Part shown: positions 63,926 to 64,000 of the stretch, one piece after another | Position numbering within the stretch: position 1 is the first letter of the stretch | Layout: every line of letters starts with the position of its first letter | NCBI RefSeq assembly: GCF_006345805.1 | Contig: NC_042998.1 | Location: forward strand, 99,820,001-99,884,000 | Length of the DNA stretch: 64,000 bases | From: Octopus sinensis | Taxonomy: Eukaryota | Direction of reading: 5' to 3' | Made by a program: the position numbers and the translations under genes | The notes under the pieces: generated by a model | The model's database searches: none | The model's input: only the letters and a program-made list of their open reading frames with translations | Told to the model about the DNA's origin: nothing

Positions 63926-64000
63926 ACCATACATGATTCCCCGGAAATGCAGTGTAAAATACTGGATACAAGGTGTTGTTTAATCAGTTAGTAGAGAATT

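Overview
AT-rich, repeat-dense eukaryotic DNA, mostly intronic or intergenic. The SINE families and microsatellite load point to an octopod genome (Octopus sp.); this is inferred from memory of the repeats, not from a search. Only one host coding exon is well supported (51274-51605, +). It encodes the N-terminus of a type II membrane protein of unrecognised family. The rest is mobile DNA: three tRNA-headed SINE families, two non-autonomous Helitrons, mariner, pogo and Tigger remnants, a DNA-transposon family with GGATC termini and 8-bp TSDs, and a Penelope-like GIY-YIG remnant. Two things stand out. (1) Small fold-back elements carry minimal type I hammerhead ribozyme motifs (62574-62897 and 56292-56702, with a decayed case at 48909-49323). 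(2) A complete 1.65-kb retroposon bounded by a 12-bp TSD encodes only an L1/Tx1-type ORF1 and no reverse transcriptase (38313-39966). It has three divergent relatives in the window: one lies inside a Helitron and one shares an in-frame stop at the same codon. Most ORFs in the supplied track are microsatellite or low-complexity artefacts. All alignments and folds were done by eye, and SINE and repeat boundaries are approximate.
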